The translations under genes and the position numbers were made by a program. A model generated the notes under the pieces. That model had not been told where the DNA came from and did no database searches. It saw only the letters and a list, made by a program, of their open reading frames with translations. DNA of 64,000 bases from Bdellovibrionales bacterium. Lineage in GTDB: Bacteria > Bdellovibrionota > Bdellovibrionia > Bdellovibrionales > JAGQZY01. The DNA is taken from positions 616 to 64,615 of the forward strand of contig JBGSNK010000015.1 of the NCBI GenBank assembly GCA_041739665.1. Direction: 5' to 3'. How positions within the stretch are numbered: the first letter of the stretch is position 1; each line of letters starts with the position of its first letter. This document shows positions 1 to 9,451 of this stretch, in pieces.

Positions 1-512
1 GTGGCATTGCCACCGAAACCCAAAAGTACGTTCAGGCTTGTCAAGGAACCCAAACAAAAATCTTAGACACTCGTAAAACCCTTCCCTTGTATCGGGATTT
101 AAGCAAACAGGCTGTACTTGACGGTGGTGGCAACAACCATCGCTTGCACTTAAGCGACGCTGTTTTGATCAAAGAAAATCATATCAGTATTGCAGGTGGC
201 CTGCGCCAAGCTGTCGAGCAGATAAGGAAAAAAATAAATCTGCCCATTGAAGTTGAAGTGCAAAATCTTGAACAAGTGAAAGAAGCTGCAACTCTAGGGG
301 TCAATCGAATCATGCTCGACAATATGAATCTTGAACTGATGGCCAAATGTTTAAAGAATATCCCCTCCCCTATTGAAAGTGAAGCCAGCGGCAATATGAC
401 CTTAGAGCGTGTTCCTCAAGTCGCGGCTCTTGGTTTGGGTTTTATCAGCGTCGGGGCACTGACACATTCTGTAAAAAATGCCGACTTTTCTTTACTTGTG
501 GATTGGAACTGA
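1..512 (+). CDS. nadC: Quinolinate phosphoribosyltransferase (nicotinate-nucleotide pyrophosphorylase), C-terminal part; 5' end is outside the window
   Basis: Frame 3 is open from the window edge (GIATETQKYV..ILDTRKTLPLYR). GGGNNHRLHLSDAVLIKENH and IEVEVQNLEQ...GVNRIMLDNM are typical NadC barrel motifs. Confidence 0.9.
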   Translation, partial: GIATETQKYVQACQGTQTKILDTRKTLPLYRDLSKQAVLDGGGNNHRLHLSDAVLIKENHISIAGGLRQAVEQIRKKINLPIEVEVQNLEQVKEAATLGVNRIMLDNMNLELMAKCLKNIPSPIESEASGNMTLERVPQVAALGLGFISVGALTHSVKNADFSLLVDWN

Positions 513-1222
513 TGGCTTCTATCAATCTATGGACTCGCGAGTGGGCTCTCAAAAAAAATCATCCCTGTTTTTATTATCCAGAAGTTTCAAGTACTCATGA
601 TGTGGCTAAAAGGGAGTTTGATGGATCAACACCTTTTGCTCTTTATCTGACTGATCATCAGACCCATGGCAGAGGACGTAACCAAAGTCATTGGTTCAAC
701 CTGCAGAGTGGCGAAGTGCTTTTAAGCACTTGGTGTTTTGCTCTTGATAAAAATCCACAGCCAATTTTAACCCCTCTTTTAGGGTTGGCTCTTTATCAAA
801 CTTGCCGCAGTTTAAAAGTAGATCTCCCCTTACGTCTTAAGGCCCCCAATGATCTTTTTCTCCAAGAAGGCAAACTCAGTGGACTCTTAGTCGAGGTCAA
901 CCAACGGGGACAAAAATTTGAGGTCTATGTAGGGCTTGGTATGAATGTATTTGCGGCTCCTAAGGTCGATCAAGCCACAGCATGTTTGCAGAATTTTACC
1001 CCCATTGACGAGGCATCCTGGCAGGTTTTTTGTGAAACTCTCTATAATAAATTCACCTTTGCAATAGAAAGTGGCACTCAGAGCCAATTGTCTGTAACGG
1101 CTCAAGAGGATCTCCTGGAAGCCTTAAATCAAGGGCTTCCCGTCGAGAAACGCTTTCTAAAAATCAGCCCTAACGGAGATCTATACACCGCGACTGGCTT
1201 CCTGACTTGGATGGACTTATAA
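512..1222 (+). CDS. birA: Biotin--[acetyl-CoA-carboxylase] ligase, ligase-only (no N-terminal HTH)
   Basis: The ATG at 512 overlaps the nadC stop (TGATG); the track's TTG at 503 is an alternative start. QTHGRGRNQSHW matches the biotin-ligase GRGRxGRxW loop. The length fits a group I ligase. Confidence 0.8.
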   Translation: MASINLWTREWALKKNHPCFYYPEVSSTHDVAKREFDGSTPFALYLTDHQTHGRGRNQSHWFNLQSGEVLLSTWCFALDKNPQPILTPLLGLALYQTCRSLKVDLPLRLKAPNDLFLQEGKLSGLLVEVNQRGQKFEVYVGLGMNVFAAPKVDQATACLQNFTPIDEASWQVFCETLYNKFTFAIESGTQSQLSVTAQEDLLEALNQGLPVEKRFLKISPNGDLYTATGFLTWMDL

Positions 1223-1254
1223 CTCTCTCTTGAAAATTTAACCGGAGTTTTTTT

Positions 1255-1797
1255 ATGGCCAAAGCCTTTATTGCCACTCTGTTCATTCTTCTCTCCGTTG
1301 CCGCTGTTCTTATCTACCGAACGGGAGTTTATAAAGAGGTTCAAATTTCCTCGGGTGATCAGGGCCCCTTTGTCCTGGTCTACAAAGTTCATAAGGGCCC
1401 CTATCATAAAATTGTGGCAGTGATCTCCGAAGTAGAAGATTACTTCTTTAAAAATGATCTCGCTTGCCCTATGGCCTTTGGACTTTATCTTCACGATCCC
1501 AACCAAGTGGAACAAGACCGACTCACCAGCCATGGCGGCTGTGTGTTTACAAATCTCTCCAAAGAGCTACAAGAAGTTGTCAAGGATTCAAACTATGAGA
1601 TCGAAGTGCTAGAGAAAAAAGAATATTTAGTAGCCACCTTTGATGGTTCACCTTCTTTAGGTCCCATTCGGGTTTATCCAAAGGTGGATGCGTGGATGGC
1701 TAAATATGGCTATAAACGCAAAGGCTCGGTTCTTGAGCTTTATCAAACAATGGGAGAGGACAAAGTTCTTACTCGTTATTTATTTGAGTATGAGTAG
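1255..1797 (+). CDS. Membrane-anchored GyrI-like/SOUL-like small-molecule-binding domain protein
   Basis: N-terminal TM helix (AFIATLFILLSVAAVLIY) followed by a two-fold repeat pattern (..VYKVHKGPYHKI.. / ..LVATFDGSPSLGPIRVY..) typical of GyrI-like effector-binding domains. Family call is from pattern only. Confidence 0.45.
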   Translation: MAKAFIATLFILLSVAAVLIYRTGVYKEVQISSGDQGPFVLVYKVHKGPYHKIVAVISEVEDYFFKNDLACPMAFGLYLHDPNQVEQDRLTSHGGCVFTNLSKELQEVVKDSNYEIEVLEKKEYLVATFDGSPSLGPIRVYPKVDAWMAKYGYKRKGSVLELYQTMGEDKVLTRYLFEYE

Positions 1798-2155
1798 GTT
1801 CTTTTTTGGTTCTCACTTTTTTACTTTGCCAATTGAAGTAAAATAACAAAAAGATAAGCAAGATAATAATCGGCAAAAAATAGAACACGAGACCATAGAA
1901 GGAACTCAGGCTCAGTATTATAGTCAATAAGACATAAAGATAGAACGAAAGAAAATATACTTTTTTGCTAAAAACTTCTTTGATCCGATTGTTCAGAGTT
2001 AAGTAATACAGCGGATAGCCCAAGATATACAAAGCCAAGAAGCTGTTAAAGATCAATAACAGAGTAAGTTGGGTGGATTTGCCAAAGTTCCAGTTCCCCC
2101 ACAGCCAAATATGAGCTGTGAGAGAGACGAAAAAAATAAGAACTTTTAGGAACAT
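1769..2155 (-). CDS. Small polytopic membrane protein, unknown function
   Basis: About 4 hydrophobic helices. Starts 21 nt downstream of the aconitase stop on the same strand. No recognisable motif. Confidence 0.45.
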   Translation of the reverse strand: MFLKVLIFFVSLTAHIWLWGNWNFGKSTQLTLLLIFNSFLALYILGYPLYYLTLNNRIKEVFSKKVYFLSFYLYVLLTIILSLSSFYGLVFYFLPIIILLIFLLFYFNWQSKKVRTKKEPTHTQINNE

Positions 2156-2176
2156 GGGCGCGATCGACTCCCAACT

Positions 2177-4438
2177 CTAATGCTGGCGCAAGCGGTTGAG
2201 GGCAGAACCCGCTTTAAACCACTCGATTTGTTCTTCATTATAAGTATGCTTAAGCTCGATGGACTCTTTTTTTCCATCACTATGAGTGATTTCCAAATGC
2301 AAAGGCTGACCAGGAGCAAAATTTTTCAGACCTAAAATGGAAACACGATCGTCTTCTAGAATCTTGTCGTAATCGTCAGAATTGGCAAAAGTCAGACCCA
2401 ACATTCCCTGCTTCTTAAGGTTGGTTTCGTGGATGCGGGCAAAACTTCGAACGACAACTGCCAGTCCACCTAAAAAGCGAGGCGACATAGCTGCATGCTC
2501 ACGGCTGGAACCTTCACCATAGTTTTCATCGCCAATAATGATCCAACCTTGATTTTTGGCTTTGTAGTCGCGAGCAATTTTTGAAAAGGCCACACCCGTC
2601 TCGCCACTTAACTGATTTTTGCCGGTTCCGGATTCATCGTTAAAGGCGTTCACAGCAGTTAATAGCATATTGTCAGAAATATTATCCAAGTGTCCACGGT
2701 AGCTCAACCACTTCCCAGCTGGGGAGATATGGTCCGTCGTGCATTTGCCTTTTGCTTTTGCGAGAACCAAAAGACCCGTCAGGTCTTTTCCTGACCATGG
2801 CTTAAAGGGCTCTAACAATTGCAATCGATTGGAATTAGGTGCAACTTTCACATCGACGTCACTGCCCTGTGGCTCTTGATAACCCTCAAGATCCGCTACA
2901 AAGCCAGTTGCAGGAAACTCAGGAGCTTCGGGCGCTTTGAGTTTGATTTTACCAGTCGGTGTTTCCAGTTCGTCAGTTTGCGGATTAAAATCCAAACGCC
3001 CAGCCAGTCCCAAGGCCATCACAGTTTCTGGACTGCCAATGAAAGAGAGGGTATCGGGATTCGAGTCGTTTCGGCCGCGGAAATTGCGATTAAAACTAGT
3101 CACAATGGTGTTCACATCGCCTTTTTTAAAATCATCGCGCTTCCACTGACCGATGCAGGGCCCACAGGCATTGGCAAGAACAGTGGCTCCAATGTCATTG
3201 AGGGTTTTCATCTGTCCATCGCGCTCAATTGTATTTTGAATCATATTAGATCCAGGAGAGACCATAAATGTTTGTGGCATTTTTTGAACGCCAGCCGCAC
3301 GTGCCTGTTCGGCCACATGGGTGGCTCGCCCAATATCCTCATAAGATGAGTTGGTGCAAGAACCAATCAAAGCCGCGGAAAGGTCTGTGACCCAACCTTC
3401 TTTTTTCGCAATCTCTTTAACTTGGCTTAAAGGGTAAGCCAAGTCAGGAGTGTGCGGCCCAACCAAGTGAGGTTCTAGTTTATCTAAATCAATCTCAATG
3501 ACCTGATCAAAATACTTTTCAGGATCCGCTTCCACCTCTGAATCCGCACGAAGCAAATCTTTATTCTCATCGGCTAGCTTGGCGAGATCTGAACGATTTG
3601 TCACACCCAAGTAATCCTTCATACGTGAATCATAGGGAAAAAGTGAACAGGTGGCCCCTAATTCCGCCCCCATATTGGTAATCGTAGCTTTGCCTGTACA
3701 ACTGATCGACTCCGTACCAGGACCAAAATATTCCACGATACGATCGGTTCCGCCCTTGACAGTCAAAATACCGAGAAGCTTAAGAATGACATCCTTGGGA
3801 GATGTCCAGCCCTTGAGTTTACCTTTTAAGTGAACACCGATCAGCTTTGGATTTTTCACTTCCCAAGGCAAACCCGCCATAACGTCCGAAGCATCAGCAC
3901 CACCAACACCAACGGCCACCATCCCGAGACCACCCGCATTGGGAGTATGGGAATCGGTTCCGATCATCAAGCCACCCGGGAAGGCATAGTTTTCAAGAAC
4001 CACTTGATGGATAATACCAGCACCAGGTTTCCAAAAACCAATACCGTATCGACTTGAAGCAGTAGAGAGGAACTGAAAAACCTCATTGTTTTCGACCATA
4101 GAGTTTTTCATATCGGCACTGGCCCCTTTGTAAGCCAAGATCAAATGATCACAATGAACGGTCGACGGAACAGCGGCCTCATCTTTACCTGCGAGCATAA
4201 ACTGAAGAAGGGCCATTTGGGCTGTGGCATCCTGCATGGCCACACGGTCAGGTCGCATCATCAAGAAGCTCTTGCCGCGTTCGAGCTCTTGACCCTTAGG
4301 GTCATCTAGATGGCCGTAAAGAATTTTCTCAGCTAAGGAGAGGGGGCGCCCCAGTCTTTCTCTAATAATTTTTAGATCTTTTCGGGTTTTGGCGTAGACG
4401 TTGGCAACCAATTGCGGTGTGGTTTCAATTTGTGACAT
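2177..4438 (-). CDS. acn: Aconitate hydratase, ~750-aa mitochondrial-type
   Basis: [51 protein letters not shown] and [11 protein letters not shown] are the Fe-S ligand and substrate motifs. At 753 aa it matches the mitochondrial class rather than the ~890-aa AcnA or AcnB. Confidence 0.95.
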   Translation of the reverse strand: MSQIETTPQLVANVYAKTRKDLKIIRERLGRPLSLAEKILYGHLDDPKGQELERGKSFLMMRPDRVAMQDATAQMALLQFMLAGKDEAAVPSTVHCDHLILAYKGASADMKNSMVENNEVFQFLSTASSRYGIGFWKPGAGIIHQVVLENYAFPGGLMIGTDSHTPNAGGLGMVAVGVGGADASDVMAGLPWEVKNPKLIGVHLKGKLKGWTSPKDVILKLLGILTVKGGTDRIVEYFGPGTESISCTGKATITNMGAELGATCSLFPYDSRMKDYLGVTNRSDLAKLADENKDLLRADSEVEADPEKYFDQVIEIDLDKLEPHLVGPHTPDLAYPLSQVKEIAKKEGWVTDLSAALIGSCTNSSYEDIGRATHVAEQARAAGVQKMPQTFMVSPGSNMIQNTIERDGQMKTLNDIGATVLANACGPCIGQWKRDDFKKGDVNTIVTSFNRNFRGRNDSNPDTLSFIGSPETVMALGLAGRLDFNPQTDELETPTGKIKLKAPEAPEFPATGFVADLEGYQEPQGSDVDVKVAPNSNRLQLLEPFKPWSGKDLTGLLVLAKAKGKCTTDHISPAGKWLSYRGHLDNISDNMLLTAVNAFNDESGTGKNQLSGETGVAFSKIARDYKAKNQGWIIIGDENYGEGSSREHAAMSPRFLGGLAVVVRSFARIHETNLKKQGMLGLTFANSDDYDKILEDDRVSILGLKNFAPGQPLHLEITHSDGKKESIELKHTYNEEQIEWFKAGSALNRLRQH

Positions 4439-4667
4439 GGCAGGGCTCCTTGAGAGTTTTAACTCACTAATATTAGGTTAAGGAGTGCTCATTGCCAATG
4501 GCTGCCGCATCAACTTGTAAGGCTCTGGAGGTGCCCCCAGACTGGACGGGCCCCGACGACAAATTCATATTAAAAAGCGGCATCCCCTTTTGCTGAGGAG
4601 CAGAGTGAAACCCGAGTTTGCACCCTTCTGGTAGGCCCTTGAATGTATTTTTAAGAAACTGCTAAAA

Positions 4668-5498
4668 TTAATTACGTGTTAGAGCACCTGCAGGCAAGCT
4701 TTCAAGATCGTTACTAAACGCACTACAGTTTTGATCATCCAAAACACTGCTAGAATCGGCCAATCTACGAACCAACAAAACCATAGCAATCTGAGTGCGC
4801 GGACCCTGGACGTACTGAACGCGAATTCTTTTTTTCTCGCCACTATTAAAAGTTGTCACAACCTGTGCACAACGATAGGCCGGGGCGTGGGTGCCATCGT
4901 GATTGATAACCACTTCATCATTTAAAGTCACACGCATGCCATCATCTGATAGGGTGGCAAATTGGTAAAAGCCCTCGGGTAGCTCGATAAATCCACCCAT
5001 ATCTAAGTGAAACCATTCGAAAAGATCTTCTCCGTCCTCTTTTTTAACCTGTTCACCGGTGCTTAGAAAAAAACCGGACTCCCAAGATCGAGGTGTGACA
5101 TTGACAGCCGTCATGACAATATCAGCAGGAACTAGAATACCGAAGTCGCGATAGTCATCGAGTAAGGCATTTCTAAGGTCATTGTTAAAAAGGGATTGAT
5201 GGAGTTGAGGAGTCATATAATAAAGTTGACCAAGCAAGCCCATTTGTGGAGTCACGCCCTCACAATTGTCTTCTGGGTTCAAGGGGTTGCAAACTGTATT
5301 GGGAGGGGTGCCAGCACCTGGATCTTCAGGTCCAGTTGGGAGGGGCTCCTCATCAAGCGGAGTATCTAGGTCTTGAGTCTGCTCGAGGCCGGCACTGTTG
5401 ACTGGTTTTTGTGAAAAGCTGACGTTGTCCGAGCAGTTCTGAAAAAAGAAGAGAACAGCGATTAGCGGCACCAAAACTAAGATAATGTTCTTTGACAT
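4668..5498 (-). CDS. Secreted (probably lipid-anchored) protein with a PA14-like beta-barrel domain
   Basis: Signal/anchor ending ..FFQNCSD, then a Pro/Glu/Asp-rich linker. The C-terminal LGQLYY...FQFATLSDDGMRVTLNDEVVINHDG pattern resembles PA14 (GLxxxYY ... DDGxxLxIDGxxVI). Confidence 0.55.
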   Translation of the reverse strand: MSKNIILVLVPLIAVLFFFQNCSDNVSFSQKPVNSAGLEQTQDLDTPLDEEPLPTGPEDPGAGTPPNTVCNPLNPEDNCEGVTPQMGLLGQLYYMTPQLHQSLFNNDLRNALLDDYRDFGILVPADIVMTAVNVTPRSWESGFFLSTGEQVKKEDGEDLFEWFHLDMGGFIELPEGFYQFATLSDDGMRVTLNDEVVINHDGTHAPAYRCAQVVTTFNSGEKKRIRVQYVQGPRTQIAMVLLVRRLADSSSVLDDQNCSAFSNDLESLPAGALTRN

Positions 5499-5630
5499 AA
5501 ATCCCCCAATTTCCCAACCCTTATTCTAACAAAAATGACAAAAAGAGTTTCAATAATCTGGTGTCTAGTCCCAAGTTGAGACGGAAAACACCAGAACTCC
5601 CCATTCAACACAACCCATTCTAATACAAGC

Positions 5631-6803
5631 TTAGATAAAGTGACCACTACGGATTTTGTCGACAATGATTTTCTCACAAATCTGAGGGTCGCGGGGGTCA
5701 ACAGAGTAAAGAGCCTGCTGCTCACAACGCTTCTTCTCACGAATCAACCAATCAAGGGTTTGGGCTAACTTCTTGTTCTTCTTATCTTTAAAAAAGGGAT
5801 CATTTTTGAGAGCGTCTTTGGCTTTTTTCAAGGAGCGTGCATCTTTGCCATCGTTTTCACGGACATCGTAGCAATCGAGATCGTACTTTTTCACGTCCTC
5901 AGGCAAAACACCTAAAAAATTCACATCGGGAGCAGAGAAGTCCGAGTTTCGAATTAAACTCGCTGCAGAGCCTGCCTTGAGTGTTCGATAAATATTTTGA
6001 ATCGTATAAGCATCCAAATCCCCAAAGAAAAAGATCGGCACCTTAAGCTGCTCTTGAATACTTTTAGTCCATGCCCTCACAGCATTAGATGGAACGCCCT
6101 GGGCCCCCATAACAATGCAGTTGTAGCGCTTGGTCATGCCATTGGCCACCAGAGTGTTGGCCGTACCTTCTGATTCAACCACTAAACAGAATTCAATTTT
6201 CTTTTTAGCTTTTAACTTTAATGATTGGGGACGGTTCTTGGGCTGAAAAGGACTTGTTCCCAACATGCTCAAATCTATTGTTGCAGTGGTACCATCAGAC
6301 ATCGTTTCTGTAACAACCAGCTGCTGTGAGTAGGTTTGGCCTCCACGATCATTGGCAAAACAATTCAACTCTTCGCGATAAACCTCTAACAAGTCACCAA
6401 TAAAATCGATGGTGGCATCACTCTCGTTTTGATCATCAAAGTCTAGAGGACGCAAAACTTTGCTGCTTTTAATCAAACCTTTCGCCAAATAATACACTTC
6501 ACGCTTAGTGTTGACGTTGCCAATTTCGATATTACGCAAAAGAATCTCTAGCAGGAATGTCATACGCGCCATCTTTTGCACCGAAGACACATTGAGCTCG
6601 GTCGTCACCATTTTATCTCCCGGAGTGAGATAACCGACCTTAGAATTGTAAATCGAATTATCTAAGGCACACTTCACAGCTTGCAAACGAGGTCGCTTGG
6701 CAACCTCCAAATCCTTAAGCATGCGATCGCAGATCAACTTTGCTTCTTTGGAAATATCTTTAGTCATTTTACGAACGCGAATCATTTCAGACTTTGCCAT
6801 CAA
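5631..6803 (-). CDS. top6A: DNA topoisomerase VI subunit A (Spo11-type)
   Basis: KREVYYLAKG (catalytic Tyr region of the 5Y-CAP fold). Toprim acidic motifs LVVESEG and FFFGDLDAYTIQ. Sits 9 nt downstream of top6B. Confidence 0.85.
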   Translation of the reverse strand: MMAKSEMIRVRKMTKDISKEAKLICDRMLKDLEVAKRPRLQAVKCALDNSIYNSKVGYLTPGDKMVTTELNVSSVQKMARMTFLLEILLRNIEIGNVNTKREVYYLAKGLIKSSKVLRPLDFDDQNESDATIDFIGDLLEVYREELNCFANDRGGQTYSQQLVVTETMSDGTTATIDLSMLGTSPFQPKNRPQSLKLKAKKKIEFCLVVESEGTANTLVANGMTKRYNCIVMGAQGVPSNAVRAWTKSIQEQLKVPIFFFGDLDAYTIQNIYRTLKAGSAASLIRNSDFSAPDVNFLGVLPEDVKKYDLDCYDVRENDGKDARSLKKAKDALKNDPFFKDKKNKKLAQTLDWLIREKKRCEQQALYSVDPRDPQICEKIIVDKIRSGHFI

Positions 6804-6812
6804 CTTGCCTCT

Positions 6813-8714
6813 TTATTTTTTTTTACGAACCGCTTTTTTCTTAGCTGTTTTCTTTTGTGTGGATTTCTTTTTACTTTTTTTATTAGACGCCTGAGTCACT
6901 TGTGCCGTCTTTTTTTGAGTCGACTTTTTAGATTTCTTCTTTGCTAGGGGTTTGGATATGGACTTTTTTTTTGAACTTGTACGCACAGCTAATGTCTCAA
7001 GAATTGGACTGTCTTCTCCGTCGTCGATCTCAATGGCCGGCTCAATGTTTCGCTCGTCTTCATCAACCCCAGTGAAAGAGCCTATGCCTCTTTCATGCAT
7101 GCGCTGTTTGAGCTTTTTTAGTTTTAAGTCTGCATCGTCTAAGTCTTTTTCTGCCGCACGTGAGTCACGACCTAAAATTTTCTCAAGACCCGTAATAGCT
7201 TTTGCCTTACGAGAATCAGGAGCACCCGTGATACGAGCTAGTGTTTCGACAAGGATGGGACCAAACTGTTCGATATGTTTGATCTTGCGTTCAAGGTCGG
7301 CCGCTTTATTTTCACGCTTGATATGACGAGAGAGCTTTTGTCCGGCTCGCATCACAGCTAAGCGGATCTCTTCAACCAATTCATCCGAGGCATCGATTGT
7401 CTCTTTGGAGGCGTTCTTAAATTTAATGAAAGGCGACACCACCGAGATCGCAAAAATGTATGGCCCACTTGGCAAACTGTTCTTTGATTGGCTCAAACCA
7501 TAGGCGCGCCAATTGACAGATTCGATGGCCTTGGTTACCGCACAGGCACCTTTATCAAATTGGAGGGGCACTCGATTGGCAAAACGCAATAACTGAATCG
7601 ATCCGTCTTCGTTGCCGCGATCCAGAAATCGAGCCAAAGCCACTTCGATCACTACAGGCTTGTGATCACAAATTTTAGGCTTTCGAGTCACTACACTGAA
7701 GAAATCGACTTCGCCAATTCGCAAAATAGACTTGGATAGCGCCTCTTCACCGACAGTTAAGACCGAGCGTGTGGATGGATTGGGTAGAGGTGTGTCTTGA
7801 ATGGCCTGAAAGGCTTTTTTAAAGTTCACATCTTTAATCTGATTAATACTTTTATTGAGAAGCTCTTTGGGCAAACCATTTTTTATAAAATCCTTGATGG
7901 TGCTATCGGTGACTCTAGAAAAAGAAGTTTTTAAAAACTTTTGAAAAGTCATGTTTCCATATATTCCAGAGTGAGTGATGAACTCACCAAGCTTCATTGT
8001 GTGAGGATGAGGTAAGGTCGCAGAAGGTACTTTGGGCACCTCTTTTGTCACCCTTGGAATATGAATTTCATCGTTTTCCATCAACTTGTAACGCAACTCT
8101 AAGTGAGGATTCACGAGCGTGGTTCCCTCTAAATAAGTCAGCAAGCCGCCATCGCCGTTGAGTTGAACCCGACCATCAATTTTAAAGGACACTCTAGTGC
8201 CGTGGGAAACATCCCAGTCCACCATCTGTTTGTTTTTTAACAAACCCTTGTTGCCCTTTATATCAACATCCACTTGAGCCTCTATGGCTTTGCGCATTTT
8301 TTTTGTTTTACTACGAACCTGCACACCGGCAGCGTTGGTCAACTGAGCCCAGGTTGTGGCTGCCGAGATACCAATACCCTGCTGCCCACGAGACGCGCGA
8401 CCACGACCAAATTTAGATGAGGCAAGATATTCACCAAAAACTTTGGCTAGATCAGCTTGTTCAAGTCCAGGCCCATTGTCTTCTACAACGACCTCAATCA
8501 GGTCTGTGTTGCGTGCACTGCCCTTACCCACTTTAACCACTTGGACATTTAAATTAGGAGCAATGCCCGCCTCTTCACAGGCATCTAGTGAGTTGTCGAT
8601 CGCTTCCTTTAAGGTCGTGAGGACAGCCTTAGTGGGAGAAGAAAAGCCCACTTGCTGTAAATTTTTAGCAAAATACTCTGCTGTACTGCTTGATGTAATA
8701 TTCGATTTGGCCAA
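6813..8714 (-). CDS. top6B: DNA topoisomerase VI subunit B (GHKL/Bergerat ATPase) with a Lys-rich C-terminal tail
   Basis: EAIDNSLDACEE (N box), VEDNGPGL (G1), GQQGIGISAA (G2), a transducer-sized body, and a C-terminal ~50 aa that are mostly K/S/T/Q. Confidence 0.85.
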   Translation of the reverse strand: MAKSNITSSSTAEYFAKNLQQVGFSSPTKAVLTTLKEAIDNSLDACEEAGIAPNLNVQVVKVGKGSARNTDLIEVVVEDNGPGLEQADLAKVFGEYLASSKFGRGRASRGQQGIGISAATTWAQLTNAAGVQVRSKTKKMRKAIEAQVDVDIKGNKGLLKNKQMVDWDVSHGTRVSFKIDGRVQLNGDGGLLTYLEGTTLVNPHLELRYKLMENDEIHIPRVTKEVPKVPSATLPHPHTMKLGEFITHSGIYGNMTFQKFLKTSFSRVTDSTIKDFIKNGLPKELLNKSINQIKDVNFKKAFQAIQDTPLPNPSTRSVLTVGEEALSKSILRIGEVDFFSVVTRKPKICDHKPVVIEVALARFLDRGNEDGSIQLLRFANRVPLQFDKGACAVTKAIESVNWRAYGLSQSKNSLPSGPYIFAISVVSPFIKFKNASKETIDASDELVEEIRLAVMRAGQKLSRHIKRENKAADLERKIKHIEQFGPILVETLARITGAPDSRKAKAITGLEKILGRDSRAAEKDLDDADLKLKKLKQRMHERGIGSFTGVDEDERNIEPAIEIDDGEDSPILETLAVRTSSKKKSISKPLAKKKSKKSTQKKTAQVTQASNKKSKKKSTQKKTAKKKAVRKKK

Positions 8715-8791
8715 CTTAGGTGCTCCTGCTTGCGATCCGGTGGGCCCATTGTAACAAGAAGAAATTTGGGAAGTCTAGACTTCATGATCGT

Positions 8792-9145
8792 TTAAGATTG
8801 GGGAGGCTCGTTCTCGCGCAGGATCATTTCCACGGGTGTGAAGTATTTTTTCTCGCTATTACATGCCTTACAACAAGGCACCACATTGCCTTTGCTGGAG
8901 CTTCCACCACGAGACATTGGAGTGCGGTGATCCATAGTCAAATCCTTTGCAGCAAAGCCTTTACCGCAATAATGACAAAGTCCTTCGGCCAACTTTTGCT
9001 TCCACCACTGAGACTTTTTAAGCTGGCGTGCTTTTTCTTTTTCGCGCTGAATATGCTTCTTGTCGACAAAACCATGAACGATCATGTTGGGCTTATAACA
9101 GCATTTGACTAGCTGCGCAATAGACTTATTCATCAGGACGCTCAT
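8792..9145 (-). CDS. Small HNH (His-Me finger) endonuclease
   Basis: CHYCG...DHRTPMSRGG...NVVPCCKACNSEKK: HNH core with two Cys pairs. Confidence 0.75.
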   Translation of the reverse strand: MSVLMNKSIAQLVKCCYKPNMIVHGFVDKKHIQREKEKARQLKKSQWWKQKLAEGLCHYCGKGFAAKDLTMDHRTPMSRGGSSSKGNVVPCCKACNSEKKYFTPVEMILRENEPPQS

Positions 9146-9203
9146 TTACTCTCAGCATAAAATAGACTAAATCTTCAGCTGTTCAGCCCAAGGATTGATT
9201 GCT

Positions 9204-9431
9204 ATGACCCCAGAAGAAGTAAAAACACGCCTCGAGCAGACCTATCCGGAGTCCTATGTGGATGTCACCGACCTGACCGGCACCCACGACCACTACTCAG
9301 TCTATGTGGCGTCAAAGGTATTCAGTGGGATGAGTCGCATCCAGCGACACAAACACGTGATGGAAGCCTTTGCGACCGAACTGAAAAGCGGTGAGGTTCA
9401 CGCCCTCACCATCAAAACAGATGAAAAATAA
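9204..9431 (+). CDS. bolA: BolA family protein
   Basis: ..HDHYSVYVASKVFSGMSRIQRHKHVMEAF.. is the BolA signature. The ATG at 9204 has AAGGA 9 nt upstream; the track's TTG at 9195 is less likely. Confidence 0.8.
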   Translation: MTPEEVKTRLEQTYPESYVDVTDLTGTHDHYSVYVASKVFSGMSRIQRHKHVMEAFATELKSGEVHALTIKTDEK

Positions 9432-9451
9432 TCTAATAAGGAGACCTCGCA

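Noticed and set aside
2819-3349. Many ORFs of 60-180 aa lie antisense to or nested within strong genes (e.g. 2819-3349 in acn, 8356-8754 in top6B, 24608-24913, 58524-58907 opposite rpsK, 63296-63715 opposite rplF).
   Set aside because: They lie wholly inside well-supported conserved genes on the other strand or frame. They have low-complexity or Arg/Ser-rich shadow composition and no motifs, so I treated them as non-coding.
5631-9145. The Toprim, GHKL ATPase and HNH genes could be read as a defence island (Wadjet JetD-like, Gabija-like or a restriction module).
   Set aside because: The A subunit has the full Spo11 5Y-CAP Tyr region plus Toprim. The B subunit has a complete Bergerat ATPase and transducer, which identifies a genuine Topo VI. 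No SMC/kleisin, helicase or methylase partners are present.
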